Source of the DNA: an uncultured Desulfobacter sp.
GTDB lineage: Bacteria > Desulfobacterota > Desulfobacteria > Desulfobacterales > Desulfobacteraceae
DNA length: 64,000 bases
Reading direction: 5' to 3'
NCBI GenBank assembly: GCA_963665095.1
Contig: OY762069.1
Span: 3,744,001-3,808,000, forward strand
The position numbers and the translations under genes were made by a program. The notes beneath the pieces are model-generated. The model was given only the letters and a program-made list of their open reading frames with translations, was not told the origin of the DNA and did not search any database. Below, one piece after another: positions 63,801-64,000 of this stretch. Position 1 is the stretch's first letter, and every line of letters begins with the position of its first letter.

Positions 63801-64000
63801 TTTACAATTACGCCTACGTCAACAACCAACTCGCAGGCATTGAACTGCCGGGCACCGGCACCATCACCACCAGTGCCTACAAATGGAACCGGCCTGCCAC
63901 CATCCAGTACCCCGGCGGCAGCAAGCAACTCCGGACCTATGACCCGCTCATGCGCCTGGCCTCGGTAACAGACCAGGACCCCGGCAGCAACAATATCATG
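57782..64000 (+). CDS. Rhs copy 5: FN3/Ig-like + YD repeats, runs off the window
   Basis: Collinear with 27770-26837(-) plus 34897-40153; absent from the ORF track, consistent with no stop before 64000; start uncertain. Confidence 0.85.
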   Translation, partial: MIFREQKSHFKDRPRSKELTCSLKICFITPAHQFQVYQGGLPPLEPPSSLTAKAAAGGIITLGWDAVEDAAGYQVYCKASGEADLTLLTTIEATTTYSHQTTLDGTYTYAVATIREENQEESVSGLSDTVTASADATAPNAPRNLALEMTSKGIKLTWEAPAYTEPVTYAIYRSARTQILSVEGMTPLAKDINQTMVIDPTPSPTDHCYVVTAMDKTGNESAPSDSQYLNFELLPVSTLKVSQTDTDAPVLIWTHADTSGKIQGYFLYLGEDTSGLQVNSVPMAEQAFTDHGYSFDNRSYFVIAVDTNDVQSMGRAITLPRITFTPAADTGIKRGIMNAVSFTIENQSGRALSNMILKADLGGRTHQSDTFALAAKESRAVEVIIGGYDELADIETLAASLVITPNAGETVTITRNSQVDVSDSLMPLQIKNEAFIRGGAGKVWFTLSNTGAADAQIVTAERSNTQDSSEIRYYLMDEDDNVLYSKAFKQSLGDQIITLSNKRTVARIPGGQMFTSAPMDLFVPANAPDTVYVRLEIDHIYNSMGKDNQVTMAGTRTRQEISLKATSYYGEILSIAPEVSKGDQNITITGRAIDRLTDEPLADAALNLFITVNGFERKIPVMTGADGTFTHTFEPLEGEAGIFYVHAVHPDLLDRPDQGSFIINKVQVTPSKIQVSVPRNYEQKISLKVVTETGTDLTNLTVAANAALPQGVHLDCGEPIAIVEGGRTVTLSPVLWADNSAEDTSLIELVVTSDESAGAPWATILVDALYSQSEPALYFTPDHIETGVAQGDMVTETITLSNKGLAAMTGVALTLINSQGNSAPDWIRLNTPSDIGTLAVGDERNVSISFLPGTDEPQGMQVFYLKVESDNYPETKIGLYPTISSSGIGHVLFKLSDIYTGTFNAKNELIRGLGNARIRMQNEATLADHTATTDDLGEALFEDLPSGAYKCKITANNHQEYTGRVWVKPGITVAKEVFLEYNLITVEWEVNEITIEDKYEILLSATFETDVPAAVVVAEPLSVTLPDMEKGDVYLGEFTLTNHGLIRADDLDIPVPDSDDNFQYEILTGIPDSLEAKQRLTIPYRITCLNSLEADEEDQTGGGCYTYQKCIPISYGYECANGRNTSGATRHCFYKSGGTCGSGSSGGSTSGGGSSGYYYSGDGGASSSSSAPSYTPMETDERKCLPSPDPKEPECDKCKATSQNQSITVGSEVNTLMREYRDEATDLTVKTAGGLLSITRRYQSGTWQWDDLKQMVDGRPDATSPYTPSAYGPDYVTRGDVPYEKTASGIYKNETFTIERKTDTDQYQADKYTFKDKHGNWIIYDTSGRPMSYGSRTGTTATYLYNSQYDTRPSGLEDRYGALVFSFDFDGDGNLIRVYDADAREVRYDYTDGRLTRVTDVLDHETAYEYSNGNLIKKTNALGHETLITYNSSNDPVEVTNPGGGAYTFEYDYDKNKKQYYAMVKTPGGTVREMWYSADSDTIRVDINGETIQKVDVDNRTHIITDRAGNETIKTYDENDNLKSITYPDGTKVLYQYDLSLNKPVQKQDRRNSITTNEYDNAGNLIQKVDAKGTTTERTTTYTYDADGNILSSTIEADTSTEESTTTFTYDTTGNLESVTDPEGHTTRFTSFDIMGNVLAKTDARGKEWSYIYDAKGRLTATTDPLDHTTTFEYDALDNRTAVIDPNLKRTEYEYDTLSNLVKVKDPLGNGTLMTYTPDQKLSSQTDATGSTTAYEYDNENRLTLTMDPAGNETRLTYTDGSGCSSCASGSGNQIDTVTYPTFKKQFTYDTQGRKLTETDILSDTESRTTAFEYDNAGNLILKTDAQDNDTLYAYDALNRLTIVADPAGGMTRYEYDARDNLISLTDANDNTTRFEYDRANRLTKEIRPMGQTTAYVYDESGNLAQKTDAKNQLTTYTYDTANRLTQIKYYADASDPDSAKTVKFTYDNAGNLLTWNDGSASGTFTYDDLNRKLTDTVNFGPFTKTITYTWAANSQKNSYTDPSGNVYNYAYVNNQLAGIELPGTGTITTSAYKWNRPATIQYPGGSKQLRTYDPLMRLASVTDQDPGSNNIM

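Noticed and set aside
17593..63928. Many recurring antisense or alternative-frame ORFs over the Rhs genes
   Set aside because: Shadow ORFs caused by codon bias; they recur only because the scaffold is duplicated.
10637..64000. Diversity-generating retroelement or retron as the source of tip variation
   Set aside because: No reverse transcriptase in the window; differences are block-wise rather than adenine-specific.

Overview
Bacterial window, Desulfobacteraceae-like by gene content (inference). 1-10.6 kb is ordinary core or accessory DNA: livF, DUF2080, amidase, MCP, HDOD, pentapeptide/K+ channel fusion, glyoxalase, adenylate cyclase and phosphotriesterase. From ~10.7 kb to the end is a heavily rearranged Rhs/YD-repeat polymorphic toxin island. 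It holds five large 5'-truncated or interrupted paralogues of one giant FN3/Ig-like + Rhs gene and at least eight low-GC C-terminal toxin tips: three PLA2-like, three of an unrecognised Gly/Cys-rich family, one His/Cys type and one remnant. Most tips are followed by membrane or lipoprotein immunity genes. The island contains three IS4 copies, two inverted 4-ORF IS21-like copies, a split IS5/IS1182-like element, a DDE+ExeA element, IS110/IS1111, IS1380, an IS1634 remnant and an Rpn gene. Target-site duplications allow reconstruction of a 4.7-kb IS21-mediated inversion and an IS4-mediated tandem amplification of an immunity gene. The most striking signal is the IS110 non-coding region: two tandem bridge-RNA-like target-binding loops, one matching the element's own insertion site in a GGGGTCA inter-cassette motif and the other a one-base variant. 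boxA-like antitermination motifs also recur at cassette junctions.
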